Notes: generated from the sequence alone by a model not told the origin. DNA of 64,000 nt from Eledone cirrhosa (GCA_964016885.1 OZ024740.1:158782001-158846000), one strand, 5' to 3'. Shown: positions 1 to 14,668, counted from the stretch's first letter. Numbers and translations are program-made.

Positions 1-771
1 ATATATATATATATATATATATTGCGAAGCGATATATGTATAGGGAGAATCATACATATTGCATTCAAACACACTTTCACACGCACACACACAACTGTAT
101 ATAGTATAGTCATGCATATAGCGAGATAGATAGCATGGGAGAGAGAAAGAGAGACTAATTTAAATAATTTCAAATATTTGATTCAGCTGTATCTATCAGT
201 GAGTGAACCAATCTTATTGATTAATAGAAAAGAAGTGTGGGACAGAAACCTTCTTCTAACCACACCCATGGGAGGAGTTAAACAAAATGTTATCAGCCAA
301 TGATATATTCGGTCCCAAAATTTTCTGCGCTGCTCATTTGCTGCTTGTTACAGCAGTAAGCTATACTATTCCACACTTTAGTACCTATTTACAACTGGGT
401 GGCTTGCGGGTATTTGAGGACTAAATATTTAGGGTCATTGCCACATTATCAAATCTCAGGGAGTTGTTTGAAGTCTCGGCAACTCTTCGGTCAGGATTAC
501 TTTCATGCATGATGATGATAATGAATTGCGCATTGATTTCGATAATGTGTGTTCCAGCAGTTCAGTCGACTCGGTTGACAGAAATTACATACTGATTGAA
601 TTATGTGGCTGAGTATTCCACAGACATTTAATGTAATACGCATACATGACACAGTTATATCGACATCATCAGCGTCATATTAACTCTGTTTTCTATGCTG
701 GCATAGGTTCGAAGGTCATCATGATCCAAGTCATTGATGTCGTGATCATGAATTCTATAGGTTATATATAT

Positions 772-947
772 ATTGTTTATTCTATGGTACAATAGTATAA
801 AAGTGTTCAATAAACTTGGAAGTCTGCGGGGTTTTTATCTGTTATTTTATGTGGGATTAATACGGTATCATCGTTTCTCTTGAGCAATGCTTCAGCCAAC
901 CAAGAAGCCGACTGCAAATTTGTGGTTTGGGATATGTAATTCTCCTT

Positions 948-948
<1 letters not shown>
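772..948 (-). mobile_element. Penelope-like 3' terminus with degenerate type I hammerhead (855-901)
   Basis: Minus strand reads GGTTGG-CTGAAGC-attgctcaaga-GAAA-CGatgatacCG-TA-TTAATC, followed by a tail containing TTGAACACTT; flanked by (TA)n. Confidence 0.5.
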
Positions 949-979
<31 letters not shown>

Positions 980-985
980 CATATA

Positions 986-1313
986 GTTAAGTTATTCCGG
1001 GTTGAATCGGAGGTAACCACAGTAAATAAGGTACTCAATACATAGCAGAGTAAAAAGTTTTAATATAGATGAGAATATGAGGGAATTCATTAAATTATAT
1101 AAATTTACATATAAATTATAGCCTTAAAGAATTAGCATTTAATGAATTCCCTTTTCTTTAAATCAATGAGCTCCACCCATTCGCACTCCCCACCCTCTCC
1201 TACCACCTGAAAAGATATAAATACCACAACATTTATTTTTGGAAAGCCAGATTCCTGATGATTTCTAAAGAATGAAACAGTTCTAGTCCTGTAGAATCTC
1301 ATCTATAGTAAAA
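986..1313. mobile_element. Penelope-like pLTR mini-element: inverted tail arm (986-1077, minus) plus hammerhead-bearing arm (plus)
   Basis: 1059-1077 is the reverse complement of 1295-1313; tail motif GTATTGAGTACCTT on minus (1029-1041); the same tail recurs at 35841-35893; (TA)n on both sides. Confidence 0.65.
1249..1299 (+). ncRNA. Type I hammerhead ribozyme
   Basis: Stem I AGATTC/GAATCT, core CTGATGA (1255-1261), stem II TTCT/AGAA, GAAA (1274-1277), stem III CAG/CTG, GUA cleavage triplet (cut after 1293). Confidence 0.85.
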
Positions 1314-1356
1314 TTATATATATATATATGAATATCTGTATATATATATATATATA

Positions 1357-1583
1357 ACAAAGGAAATGTGGTAAGGAACCAGGTGGACCATAACGCACCA
1401 AAGTACTCAATACTTAGGGTAGTAGAGTGGGTAATAGGAACGAGTAAGACCCCGACGGCTGAGCTCAAGCCGTTTCGACGGCTAATTCTGGACTAAATAT
1501 ATATATATACATATACATATATTTAGTCCAGAATTAGCCGTCGAAACGGCTTGAGCTCAGCCGTCGGGGTCCTACTCGTTCCT
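1357..1583. mobile_element. Head-to-head inverted pLTR-like element carrying the 3' half of a hammerhead
   Basis: 1437-1498 mirrors 1521-1583 across a TA spacer; each arm reads GAAA-CGGC-TTGAGCTCA-GCCG-TC (stem III plus GUC) but lacks CUGANGA; tail motif GTATTGAGTACTTT. Confidence 0.65.
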
Positions 1584-1584
1584 G

Positions 1585-1617
<33 letters not shown>

Positions 1618-1622
1618 GTATA

Positions 1623-2277
1623 TCATCATCATCATCATCATCAACGTTTAACGTCCGTGTTCCACGCTTGCATGGGTTTGGACGGGGGTTTCCCACTTGA
1701 GGCAAGAGTGATTGTCTTGCTCGCATAGGACTGTCTGGCAGGTTTTCTACAGTTGGATGCCCTTCCTAACACCAACCACATTTACAGTGTGGGTCTGGGA
1801 GGTTTTTACCGTGTTGCCTACACGGCCACATTACAGCGTGGACTGTGTGTTTTTTTGTCGTGACACCTACACGATCTCATTTGTTTCGGCCTGGATGGTG
1901 CGGCACCAACATAACTTTACATAGAAGGGGGCGGTGTGGATGGGGTGGGGGTGGTGGGACGGGGGTGTATTTTGTTAGAGATGCCTACTGACTGTAGTAG
2001 GTTTTACTATGTATTTAGGTAAGGCGGGTCTTCTCTATTACTGAGTACCACCAAAGGTCTCGGTCCAGTGACATTGTCTTGGAGAGGTGTAAGTGTGTGA
2101 GGTCGGAGTTTATCAGCTCGTCCCAGGTTTTTCTAGGTCTGCCTATTCCGTGGCTACCATCTATCTTTATTGCCCTGCACTTTGTTATACAGCTATCGAC
2201 TTTCATGCACATCACGTGTCCATACCAACGTAGCCTTCTCTCAAGTAAACATCTGATCCCTCTTATTTCTAATTTTT
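1623..2277 (-). mobile_element. RTE LINE 3' end (ORF C-terminus, 3' UTR, (GAT)n tail)
   Basis: GRPRKTW motif; matches the 3' end of the copy at 10486-12107. Confidence 0.9.
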
Positions 2278-2305
2278 TATATATATATATATGTATATAT
2301 ATGTA

Positions 2306-2462
2306 TTCTTATACTTTGGGAGGGTCATGTTGCCAATAAGAAACACACGCACCAGTTGCTTTCACTTCTTATTGGCAACATGACCCTCCCAAAGTATAAC
2401 AATATCGGTTTCAACACACAATTTCAAATAAAGAATCTTGCTAAACAAATTCAGAAACGAAA
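2306..2462. repeat. Dispersed repeat (family of 7418-7940, 40678-41045, 51371-51608) with internal inversion
   Basis: TTATACTTTGGGAGGGTCATGTTGCCAATAAGAA followed by its reverse complement. Confidence 0.75.
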
Positions 2463-3648
<1,186 letters not shown>

Positions 3649-3840
3649 GGCTGAGCTCAAGCCGTTTCGACGGCTAATTCTGGACTAAATATATGTATAT
3701 GTATATATATATATTTAGTCCAGAATTAGCCGTCGAAACGGCTCGGGGTCCTACTCGTTCCTATTACCCACTCTACTACCCTAAGTATTGTGTACTTTGG
3801 TGCGTTATGGTCCACCTGGTTCCTTACCACATTTCCTTTG

Positions 3841-3843
<3 letters not shown>
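3649..3843. mobile_element. Second copy of the 1357-1583 element in mirror orientation
   Basis: Near-identical sequence; the plus arm has lost TTGAGCTCAGCCG from stem III. Confidence 0.75.
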
Positions 3844-3879
<36 letters not shown>

Positions 3880-3916
3880 TATACATATATATACATATAT
3901 ATATATATATACATAT

Positions 3917-4485
<569 letters not shown>

Positions 4486-4554
4486 ATATATACATATATA
4501 TATACATACATATATATATACATATATATATACATATATATATATATATACATA

Positions 4555-7266
4555 TATTAAACTCAGACTAGTACTGAATAAAACAATTACCACAATAATA
4601 TCAGCTTACGCACCCCAATCGGGGCTGCCAGACGAACTTAAGGATAGGTTTTACGAGTCCCTAATGCACACTACTGCTCTAACAGACGACAATGACTTCC
4701 TAATCATCGCAGGAGATTTTACGGACACGTAGGTAAACACTGCGCCGGCTTCAATAGAGTACATGGAGGCCATGGGGTTGGCACAAGGAATGAGGAAGGA
4801 TTCAGACTTCTAGAATTCTGCGACGCCAATGACGTGTCGATATGTAACACAAACTTTAAAAAACCCGACAACCACCTGATCACCTATAGATCAGGGGAGC
4901 ACTCTAGTCAGTTAGATTTTATCCTCATCACAGGACGAGACAGATGGACGGTCGTAAACACAAAAGCCTTCCCTAGTGAGGAATGTACATCCCAACATAG
5001 CTTAGTTGTCAGCGACCTCACGGTCAGAACTAGACGAACCTGGAAACAGAGGCCAACCTGGAGAAGAAAGATCTGGAAGCTGAAAGTCCCCTCAACCAGT
5101 AACAGATTTAAAGATATTTTACTCAACGCCTACGACAGTAAAGAAGAACAGATATAGACATTTAATGTAGAAGAGATCTGGCAGTTCCTAAAAAATAATT
5201 TAGTAGAGGCGACGGATGAGGTCTGTAGCTGGAGTAAGACCTCAAGCAGGAGGAGAGTGACTTGGTGGTGGAACAATAAGGTAGATGAAGCAGTTAAGGC
5301 CAAGAGACAGACATGGAAAGAATGGAAGAACGGGGGGAGCAGGGTACATTACATAGAGACCAAGAGGGAAGCTAGGAGGGAAGCAGAGGATAGAAAATTC
5401 AAGCATGTTTTGCAACGTGAGGACCAGAAACAGGAGGTATTCAAGATTGCGAGGCAGTGTGTCAGAGATAGTTGTGATGTCATTGGAGAGAAGTGTATCC
5501 GGAATGATAAAGGTGAGCTTGCCCTCACAAGTGATGAGAAGAAAGATGCATGGAAGAGTCATTATGATAGATTACTAAATGAGGAGAATGCATGGGAAGA
5601 AGAGACCCTACCCCAAGTAGACCCTATAGAGGGACCAGCAGTACAAGTCAGCAGCAGCGTAGTAAGTAAGGCAATCAAAGATATGAAGATGGGGAAGGCA
5701 ACCGGTCCATCGGGTATAGCTGCCGAGATGCTGAAGGCATCTGGGTCTGTAGGTCACACTATAACCACACAATACTAGAAGGTGCCATACCAAAAGATTG
5801 GTGCAGTAGCATCATTGTCAACTGCTACAAAGGTAAAGGCAATGCACTAGATAGAGGAAACTATAGAGGTATAAAGTTGATGGACCAGGTCATGAAAGTA
5901 ACAGAAAGAGTTATAGCACAGCTGATTAGGGACCGGGTGAAAATAGACAAGATGCAATTTGGGTTTGTACCAGGAAGATGCACCACTGATGCCCTCTTCC
6001 TTGTGAGGCAATTACAGGAAAAGTACCTAGCTAAAAGTAAGCCACTCTACTTGGCATTTGTCGACCTTGAGAAAGCCTTTGACAGAGTTCCACGTGCTGT
6101 AATCTGGTGGGCTCTTAGAAAACTAGGAGTAGATGAATGGCTTGTGAAAGCAGTACAAACCATGTATAGGGGAGCAGTCAGCAAAGTTAGGATTAGAAAT
6201 GAGTATAGCGAGGAATTTAGCGTACAGGTTGGGGTCCACCAGGGCTCTGTTCTTAGCCCTCTCCTGTTCATCATAGTCCTGCAGGCAATAATGGAGGAGT
6301 CTAAGACCGGATGCCCATGGGAACTCCTGTATGCTGATGACCTCGCACTCATAGCTGAATCTATGGTAGAACTAGAGAATAAATTCCAAACTTGGAAGCA
6401 GGGACTAGAAAGAAAGGGTCTCAAAGGCAACATGACAAAGACTAAGGTCCTTGTAAGTAGACGAGAAAACAGAACCCAGATCCCCTCAGGGAAATGGCCT
6501 TGCTCAGTATGTAGGAAAGGTGTAGGTAGGAACTCCATTCTCTGCCTTAAATGCAAACAATGGGTACACAAAAGATGTAGCGGGATCTTAGGAAGCTTAA
6601 TTAAGAATGTAGGATTCACATGCAGCAGCTGTGCTGAGACAGCAAACAGCCACAGGAAACAAGTACCACCAATCTCTGGGAGGGCTCTGTAGAAACAGTA
6701 GACAGCTTCTGCTACCTAGGTGACCGAATTAGCAGCGGAGGTGGGTGTTCAGTAAGTACAATAACTAGGGTAAGAACGGGATGGAAGAAGTTTAGGGAAC
6801 TACTACCACTGCTAATTGCAAAAGGCTTCTCCCTCAGAATGAAAGGCAGACTGTATGATGCGTGTATCCGAACAATTACACCTCTCAAAGGCAATGACAC
6901 ACGACCGTGACTTCTGGCGTCACGCAGTAATACAGAGTACCCGACCTCCCATGGGTACAAGCTGAAGCATATAGACAATATCCCCCCACACCCCCCACCG
7001 CAAGGTGGTCGTGGAGGTGCCATGGCAAAAAAGCACCCAGCCCACACTGTAAAGTGAGCGTGTAGGCGCCACGAAAAAGCACCCATCACTCACTGTAAAT
7101 GAGGTTGGTGTTAGGAAGGGCATCCAGCTGTAGAAATCAAACCAGATCAGTTCCTGTATGAGCAAGGCATGGTCAGCTGACCAGACACTGCCCACGACAT
7201 AACAACCCGTCTAATCCATGCTAGCGTGGAAGAACGGACGTAAAACGGTGATGATGATGATGATGA
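4555..7266 (+). mobile_element. RTE LINE, 5'-truncated and frameshifted (APE endonuclease + RT), internal deletion near 6880, (GAT)n tail
   Basis: SAYAPQ, AGDF, SQLDFIL (APE); QFGFVPGR, FVDLEKAFD, GVHQGSVLSP, YADD (RT); several stops and frameshifts. Confidence 0.92.
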
Positions 7267-7288
7267 TATATACATATATATATATATA

Positions 7289-7395
7289 TCATCATCATCA
7301 TCATCATCATCAACGTTTAACGTCCGTGTTCCACGCTTGCATGGGTTTGGACGGGGGTAGTCCCACTTGAGGCAAGAGTGATTTTCTTGCTCGCA
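7289..7395 (-). mobile_element. RTE 3' tail fragment
   Basis: (ATC)n followed by CGTTTAACGTCCGTGTTCCACGCTTGCATGGG. Confidence 0.85.
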
Positions 7396-7417
7396 TATAT
7401 ATATATAGATATATATA

Positions 7418-7940
7418 TTTCGTTTCTGAATTTGTTTAGCAAGATTCTTTATCTGAAAACGTGTGTTGAAACTGATATTGTTATACTTTGGGAGGGTCAT
7501 GTTGCCAATAAGAAACACACGCACCAGTTGCTTTCACTTCAATTTATTATAATAAATTTATAAATTTAGGAATTTATAAATTTCTGGTTGGTTGGTTCCA
7601 CAACCAGATGGTTGTTTATATATTGTCAAAGTTCTTTCGTCACACATTCTGTGACCTCTTCAGGGTATTCTTTTCTTTGTTTTTGTGCCTCTCTTTTGTT
7701 CTGTGCTACGCCATCTTGTTTCTGTGTGTGTGTTGTGTGCTCAGTCTGCGCATATATTCGTTTATTTATTTGTTTATTTACATGTTACAGGTTGCTTGTT
7801 TGTTCTATGTGCGTGTGTGTTTTCATTTTCTCCTTAATTGTAAGTTGTGATGTTGCTGTTCCACTCATGTTTTCTATTTAATTTTGGTTGTAATTCTTTT
7901 ATGTTTATTGCCTCTGTGATTTGTCTAAACATTGCGTCTT
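7418..7940 (+). repeat. Dispersed repeat, unclassified
   Basis: Colinear with 40678-41045 and 51371-51540. Confidence 0.75.
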
Positions 7941-7987
7941 TTAATATATACATATATATACACATTCATTTCATTTCATTAATTCAT

Positions 7988-8334
7988 TTCATTTTACGTC
8001 CGCTTTTCCCTGCTTGCAAGGGTGGGACGGGAACTGATTCTGGCTTGATTTCTACAGCTGGATGCCCTTCCTAACACCAACCTCATTTAAAGTGAGTGCT
8101 GGGTGCTTTTTTGCCGTGGCGCCTACACGTCCACTTTGCAGTGGAATGATAGAGAACCCAGTCCCTATCATCTCATTTCTACAGCTGAGTAAACTGGAGC
8201 AATGTGAAATAAAGTCTCTTGCTCAAGGAAACAACACATCACCCGGTCTGAGAATTGAACTCACAACCTTTCGATTGCAAGGCCAATGCTCTAACCACTA
8301 AGCCATGTGCCTCCATACTAAGCCATGGGCCTCC
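7988..8334 (-). mobile_element. tRNA-derived SINE with RTE-type 3' tail
   Basis: Minus head GGAGGCACATGGCTTAGTGGTTAGAG (A box) ... GAGTTCAATTCTC (B box); tail shares GGTTGGTGTTAGGAAGGGCATCC with RTE; copies at 25806-26107 and 36110-36433. Confidence 0.85.
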
Positions 8335-8365
<31 letters not shown>

Positions 8366-8604
8366 TATATATATATACACATATATATATACATATATAT
8401 ATACGCATATATAGATATACATACATATATATACATATATATATATACACATATATATATATATATATTTTAATAAACATTTGCTCTACGGTTCTTATAT
8501 ATTTCATATATATTTATCGAGCCCTCTTTGGATTTTAGTCTTCAAATGTATTATTATTACTATATATGTATATATATATATGTATATATATATGTGTATA
8601 TATA

Positions 8605-8800
8605 TAAGAATTAAAATACTAGAGTGTGTTGGAGTTAAACACCCTCTTCGTATTATAGAAATGACAGTAAAGGTATAGCTCAATGTAATTAAACAGAGCC
8701 GAAGAATTATGAAAATAAACCAAAGAAGCCTTCAATACATCAAAAGTCTTTATTAGCCAACAATGTTTCGTCCTATTAAGGACTCATCGGGGAAATTAAA
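8605..8800 (-). mobile_element. Penelope-like 3' terminus with variant hammerhead (8752-8797)
   Basis: Minus strand CCGATGA-GTCCT taat AGGAC-GAAA-CATTG-TT; stem II perfect, core has U4C, stem I weak. Confidence 0.5.
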
Positions 8801-10485
8801 GCTATAAGAAGCACTATCGGCCAATACAAGCCAAAAACTCAGAAGAATATGGAGTGTACATACATTAAAGCATAGGAAAATTATCGAGTAAAAATGATCA
8901 AGTAAAAATTGCTAAGGAAGTGAATAACATTTTGAACCATATTACAAATATAGTACAATGCAAAAACTAAAGCTAAACAAAGGTGGTGATATAGAGCGCG
9001 AATTATTGTACTATATATAATATAATATAATATAATATAATTGATAATGATAATAATAATAATATTAAAAGGCCCAATATACATATATATATATATACAT
9101 ATGTACACATATATACATATATATCAATACACATTTCCATCAATACAAGCACAAACTAACACTTATTAAGAGTTTAAATAAAAATAATAAGATTAAAAAT
9201 AAAAATAAAAATATAATACATATAAAAATATAAATATAATACATATATAAAAATATAATACATATATTTACAGTATAAAATGAAGAAGAAATGAGTAAAA
9301 GTAAACATATAATATATAATATACTATATAATTATATAATTGATAATCTCCGGTTAATTTGCACAAACAATATAAATGTTACAATAACACTATAATAACA
9401 ATATTATAATATATTGGCATATAACTTAACAAATCATATAGAGTTACAGACAGGGTGAGAAAAAATATCATACAGAACTAAATTATGTTGGAAAAATAGT
9501 GCTGGAAAAATATCAATACCATTGCAAGAAAACAGATGGAAGTCAAGTTTTTATACAATTGGTATAAATAAATATTATCCAAACATTACAAAAATTATAA
9601 AAATATAAACATATTACAGAATTTACAAAATTTAACATAATGGTACATTTAATAATCGGTAAATAATTAAGATCAATAGTACGTTTACAAAGAGTGGAAT
9701 GATATAACAACTTCAATATCAAATAATGAACATAGTATAATATACATAATTACGTGGTTGGTGGACAGACATTTGTGAATAAGTGAATAAGAACCAGACA
9801 GAAAACTACGCACGGTAGTATAAATATATAAATAAAATCAACCGGAAATCGAAAAACAAAAACAAAAGTATTTACTTAGGTGTCACATGCGGTTAAGTAA
9901 AAAATTTAGGAAACAAACCCGGATAAATGACTAGAAAACCCTATTAAATTAATTAATATTGAAAGTATTTAAAATACATAATAAGTCAATACAAAATTAG
10001 CTATGGTTTAAGTAATCAAAATCTCCAAAGTTTAAGATATCTCAATAAAAATATCCAGAAAAGAATGAAATATTCTACTATCAGTTGAATAACGTTATCT
10101 AATAAACGGACTTTAAATAGAATTATGGTAGGCCAATGGGGACAGAAAAAAGAAATGTATGGAGGATACGAAGGAGCATAAAATCATAATCAATATACTG
10201 TATTATACAATAGGGAATCTAATAGTTCTAGGAATCAAGTCGAGCGCTCTGAGCACTCACTCAGTGGTAATGCTTTTGCTAAATCTAATAGTGTTGTTTC
10301 TACTGATCCTATTATTAGCCCTAATCCTTTTGATATGATTCCAGATATCTGCAGATATACTATATATATATATGAATATGTGTATGTATATATATATATA
10401 TGAATATGTGTATATATATATGAATATGTGTATATATGAATATGTGTATATATATATATGAATATGTGTATATATATATATATAT

Positions 10486-12107
10486 CCTAGCTAAAGGTAA
10501 ACCCCTCTACTTAGCTTTTGTCGACTTGGAGAAAGCCTTCGACAGAGTCCCCCGCTCCATTATCTGGTGGGCTCTTAGAAAACTAGGCGTTGACGAATGG
10601 CTTGTGAGGGCTATACAAGCCATGTATAAAGAAACAGTCAGCAAGGTTAGAATTAACAACGAATATAGTGAAGAGTTTAGCATAAAAGTTGGCGTCCATC
10701 AGGGCTCTGTTCTCAGCCCCCTACTATTTATTATTGCCCTTCAGGCTATAACAGAGGAGTTCAAGACAGGCTGCCCATGGGAACTCCTATACGCAGACGA
10801 CCTGACACTCATAGCGGAATCAATGGCCGAGCTAGAGAAGAAATTCCAAACATGGAAGCACGGCCTAGAGTCAAAAGGACTTAAAATTAACCTGGCTAAG
10901 ACCAAAGTTCTAGTTTGTAGGAAAGAAAACAAGGCGGCGGTCCCTTCTGGGAAATGGTCGTGCTCGGTGTGTAGGAAAGGCGTAGGTAGAAACTCCATTT
11001 TATGTCCTAAATGCAAAGTATGGGTGCATAAAAGATGTAGTGGGATCACAGGTAAGCTAACTAAGAACATAGATTTTACATGTGGCCGGTGTTCTGGTGC
11101 AATAAGTAGCAGCAAGTGCCCACAAAATACTAGCTCTTTCAATTGCGCAGAGGGTTCTATAGAAATAGTGGACAGCTTCCGTTACCTGGGCGATAAAATC
11201 AGCAGTGGGGGAGGGTGCTCTGAAAGTACTGTAGCTAGAGTCAGAACTGGTTGGAAAAAGTTCAGAGAGCTTATACCACTATTAGCTGCTAAAGGGTTCT
11301 CCCTAAAAATGAAAGGCAGGTTGTACGATGCCTGCATACGAACAGCAATGTTGCATGGCAGTGAGACCTGGGCATTGTGTGCAGAGGATATACGCAGACT
11401 AGAGAGGAACGAAGCTTGCATGCTCCGCTGGATGTGTAACAGTAATATACGTGAACGGCAAAGCATAAACGAACTAAGGAAAAAATTAGAGATAAGAGGG
11501 ATCAGATGTTGTTTACTCGAGAGAAGGCTACGTTGGTATGGACACGTGATGCACATGAAAGTCGATAGCTGTATAACAAAGTGCAGGGCAATAAAGATAG
11601 ACGGTAGCCATGGAATAGGCAGACCTAGAAAAACCTGGGACGAGCTGATAAACTCCGACCTCACACACTTACACCTCTCCAAGACAATGTCACTGGACCG
11701 AGACCTTTGGCGGTACTCAGTAACAGAGAAGACCCGCCTTGCCAGTAGGCATCTCTAACAAAATACACCCCGTCCCGCCACCACCCCCACCCATCCACAC
11801 CACCCCGTCCTATGTAAAGTTATGTTGGTGCCGCGCCATCGAGGCCGAAACAAATGAGATCGTGTAGGTGTCACGACAAAAAAACACACAGTCCACGCTG
11901 TAATGTGGCCGTGTAGGCAACACGGTAAAAACCTCCCAGACCCACACTGTAAATGTGGTTGGTGTTAGGAAGGGCATCCAACTGTAGAAAACCTGCCAGA
12001 CAGTCCTATGCGAGCAAGACAATCACTCTTGCCTCAAGTGGGACTACCCCCGTCCAAACCCATGCAAGCGTGGAACACGGACGTTAAACGTTGATGATGA
12101 TGATGAT
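10486..12107 (+). mobile_element. Young RTE LINE, 5'-truncated; open RT frame to 11758
   Basis: About 420 uninterrupted codons: FVDLEKAFD, GVHQGSVLSP, YADD, C4HC3 finger, FRYLG, RRLRWYGHV, GRPRKTW; (GAT)n tail. Confidence 0.95.
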
Positions 12108-12243
12108 ATGAATATGTGTATATATATATATATATATATGAATATGTGTATATATATATATATATGTGTATGTATATATGTGTGTGTATATATATATCTA
12201 TATGTGTATATATATGTATAAATGTATGTGTATATATATATGT

Positions 12244-12291
<48 letters not shown>

Positions 12292-12432
12292 ATATATATA
12301 TATGTATGTGTTTATATATACGGATATGTGTATATATATATGTGTATGTATGTCTATATGTGTATATATATTTATGTGTAAGTATGCATATATGTGTATA
12401 TATGTCTGTATATATATATGTTTATATGTAAT

Positions 12433-12489
<57 letters not shown>

Positions 12490-12536
12490 TTATACACACA
12501 CATATTCATATACATGTAAACATATGTACGCATATA

Positions 12537-12930
12537 TCATCATCATCATCATCATCAACGTTTAACGTCCGTGTTCCACGCTTGCATGGGTTTGGACGGG
12601 GGTAGTCCCACTTGAGGCAAGAGTGATTGTCTTGCTCGCATAGGACTGTCTGGCAGGTTTTCTACAGTTGGATGCCCTTCCTAACACCAACCACATTTAC
12701 AGTGTGGGTCTGGGAGGTTTTTACCGTGTTGCCTACACGGCCACATTACAGCGTGGACTGTGTTTTTTTGTCGTGACACCTACACGATCTCATTTGTTTC
12801 GGCCTGGATGGCGCGGCACCAACATAACTTTACATAGAACTGGGTGGTATGGATGGGGTGGGGGTGGTGGCGGGACGGGGTGCATTTTGTTAGAGATGCC
12901 TACTGGCAAGGCGGGTCTTCTCTGTTACTG
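12537..12930 (-). mobile_element. RTE 3' UTR copy, inverted relative to 11715-12107
   Basis: Near-identical reverse complement, including a shared deletion. Confidence 0.9.
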
Positions 12931-12962
<32 letters not shown>

Positions 12963-13117
12963 CATGTGCTATATAGAAATGTAAACATAATTTATGCATA
13001 TATATATGTATGTCTATATATATGTGTGTATATATATGTATGTCTACATATATGTATGTCTATATATATGTGTGTGTGTATATATATATATATATATGTA
13101 TGTCTATATATATGTGT

Positions 13118-14641
13118 GTCATCATCATCATCATCATCATCGTTTAACGTCCGTGTTCCACGCTTGCATGGGTTTGGACGGGGGTTTTCCCACTTGAGGC
13201 AAGAGTGATTGTCTTGCTCGCATAGGACTGTCTGGCGGGTTTTCTACAGTTGGGTGCCCTTCCTAACACCAACCACATTTACAGTGTGGGGCTGGGAGGT
13301 TTTTACCGTGTTGCCTACACGGCCACATTACAGCGTGGACTGTCTGGCGGGTTTTCTACAGCTGGATGCCCTTCCTAACACCAACCACATTTACAGTGTG
13401 GGGCTGGGAGGTTTTTACCGTGTTGCCTACACGGCCACATTACAGCGTGGACTGTGTTTTTTGTCGTGACACCTACACGATCTCATTTGTTTCGGCCTGG
13501 ATGTTGTGGGACCAACATAACTTTACATTGAAAGGGGCGGTGTGGATGGGGTGGGGGTGGTGGGACGGGGGTGTATTTTGTTAGAGATGCCTACTGACTG
13601 TAGTAGGTTTTACTTTGTATTTAGGTAAGGCGGGTCTTCTCTATTACTGAGTACCGCCAAAGGTCTCGGTCCAGTGACATTGTCTTGGAGTGGTGTAAGT
13701 GTGTGAGGTCGGAATTTATCAGCTCGTCCCAGGTTTTTCTGGGTCTGCCTACTCCGTAGCTACCGTCTATCTTTATTGCCCTGCACTTTGTTATACAGCT
13801 GTCGTCTTTCATGCGCATCACGTGACCATACCAACGTAGCCTTCTCTCGAGTAAACAACATCTGATCCCTCTTATTTCTAATTTTTTCCTTAGTTCGCTT
13901 ATGCTTTGCCGTTCACGTATGTTATTATTACACATCCAGCGGAGCATGCAAGCTTCGTTCCTCTCTAGTCTGCGTATATCCTCTGCACACAATGCCCAGG
14001 TCTCACTGCCATGCAACATTGCTGTTCGTATGCAGGCATCATACAACCTGCCTTTCATTTTTAGGGAGAACCCTTTAGTGGCTAATAGTGGTATAAGCTC
14101 TCTGAACTTTTTCCATCCAGTTCTGACTCTAGCTACTGTACTTTCAGAGCACCCTCCCCCACTGCTGATTTTGTCACCCAGGTAACGGAAGGTGTCCACT
14201 ATTTCTATAGAACCCTCTGCGCAATTGAAAGAGCTAGTATTTGTGGGCACTTGCTGCTACTTATTGCACCAGAGCACCGGCCACATGTAAAATCTATGTT
14301 CTTAGTTAGCTTACCTATGATCCCACTGCATCTTTTATGCACCCATACTTTGCATTTGGGACATAAAATGGAGTTACACCTTTCCTACACACTGAGCATG
14401 GCCATTTCCCGGAAGGGACCGTCGCCTTATTTTCTTTCCTACAAACTAGAACTTTAGTCTTAGCCAGGTTAATTTTAAGCCCTTTTGATTCTAGGCCATG
14501 CTTCCATGTTTGGAATTTCTTCTCTAGCTCGGCCATTGATTCAGCTATGAGCGTTAGGTCATCTGCGTATAGGAGTTCCCATGGGCAGCCGGTCTTGAAC
14601 TCCACTGTTATAGCCTGAAGGGCAATAATAAATAGTAGGGG
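13118..14641 (-). mobile_element. RTE LINE, 5'-truncated, frameshifted, with about 112 bp tandem duplication in the 3' UTR
   Basis: ORFs 14315-14641 and 13621-14250 are RT segments; 13225-13337 is repeated at 13337-13450. Confidence 0.93.
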
Positions 14642-14668
14642 TGTGTGTATATATATATGTATGTCTCT

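Noticed and set aside
6047-6619. Antisense ORFs over RTE and CR1 copies (e.g. 10741-11682, 30192-30870)
   Set aside because: Shadow frames of LINE coding sequence
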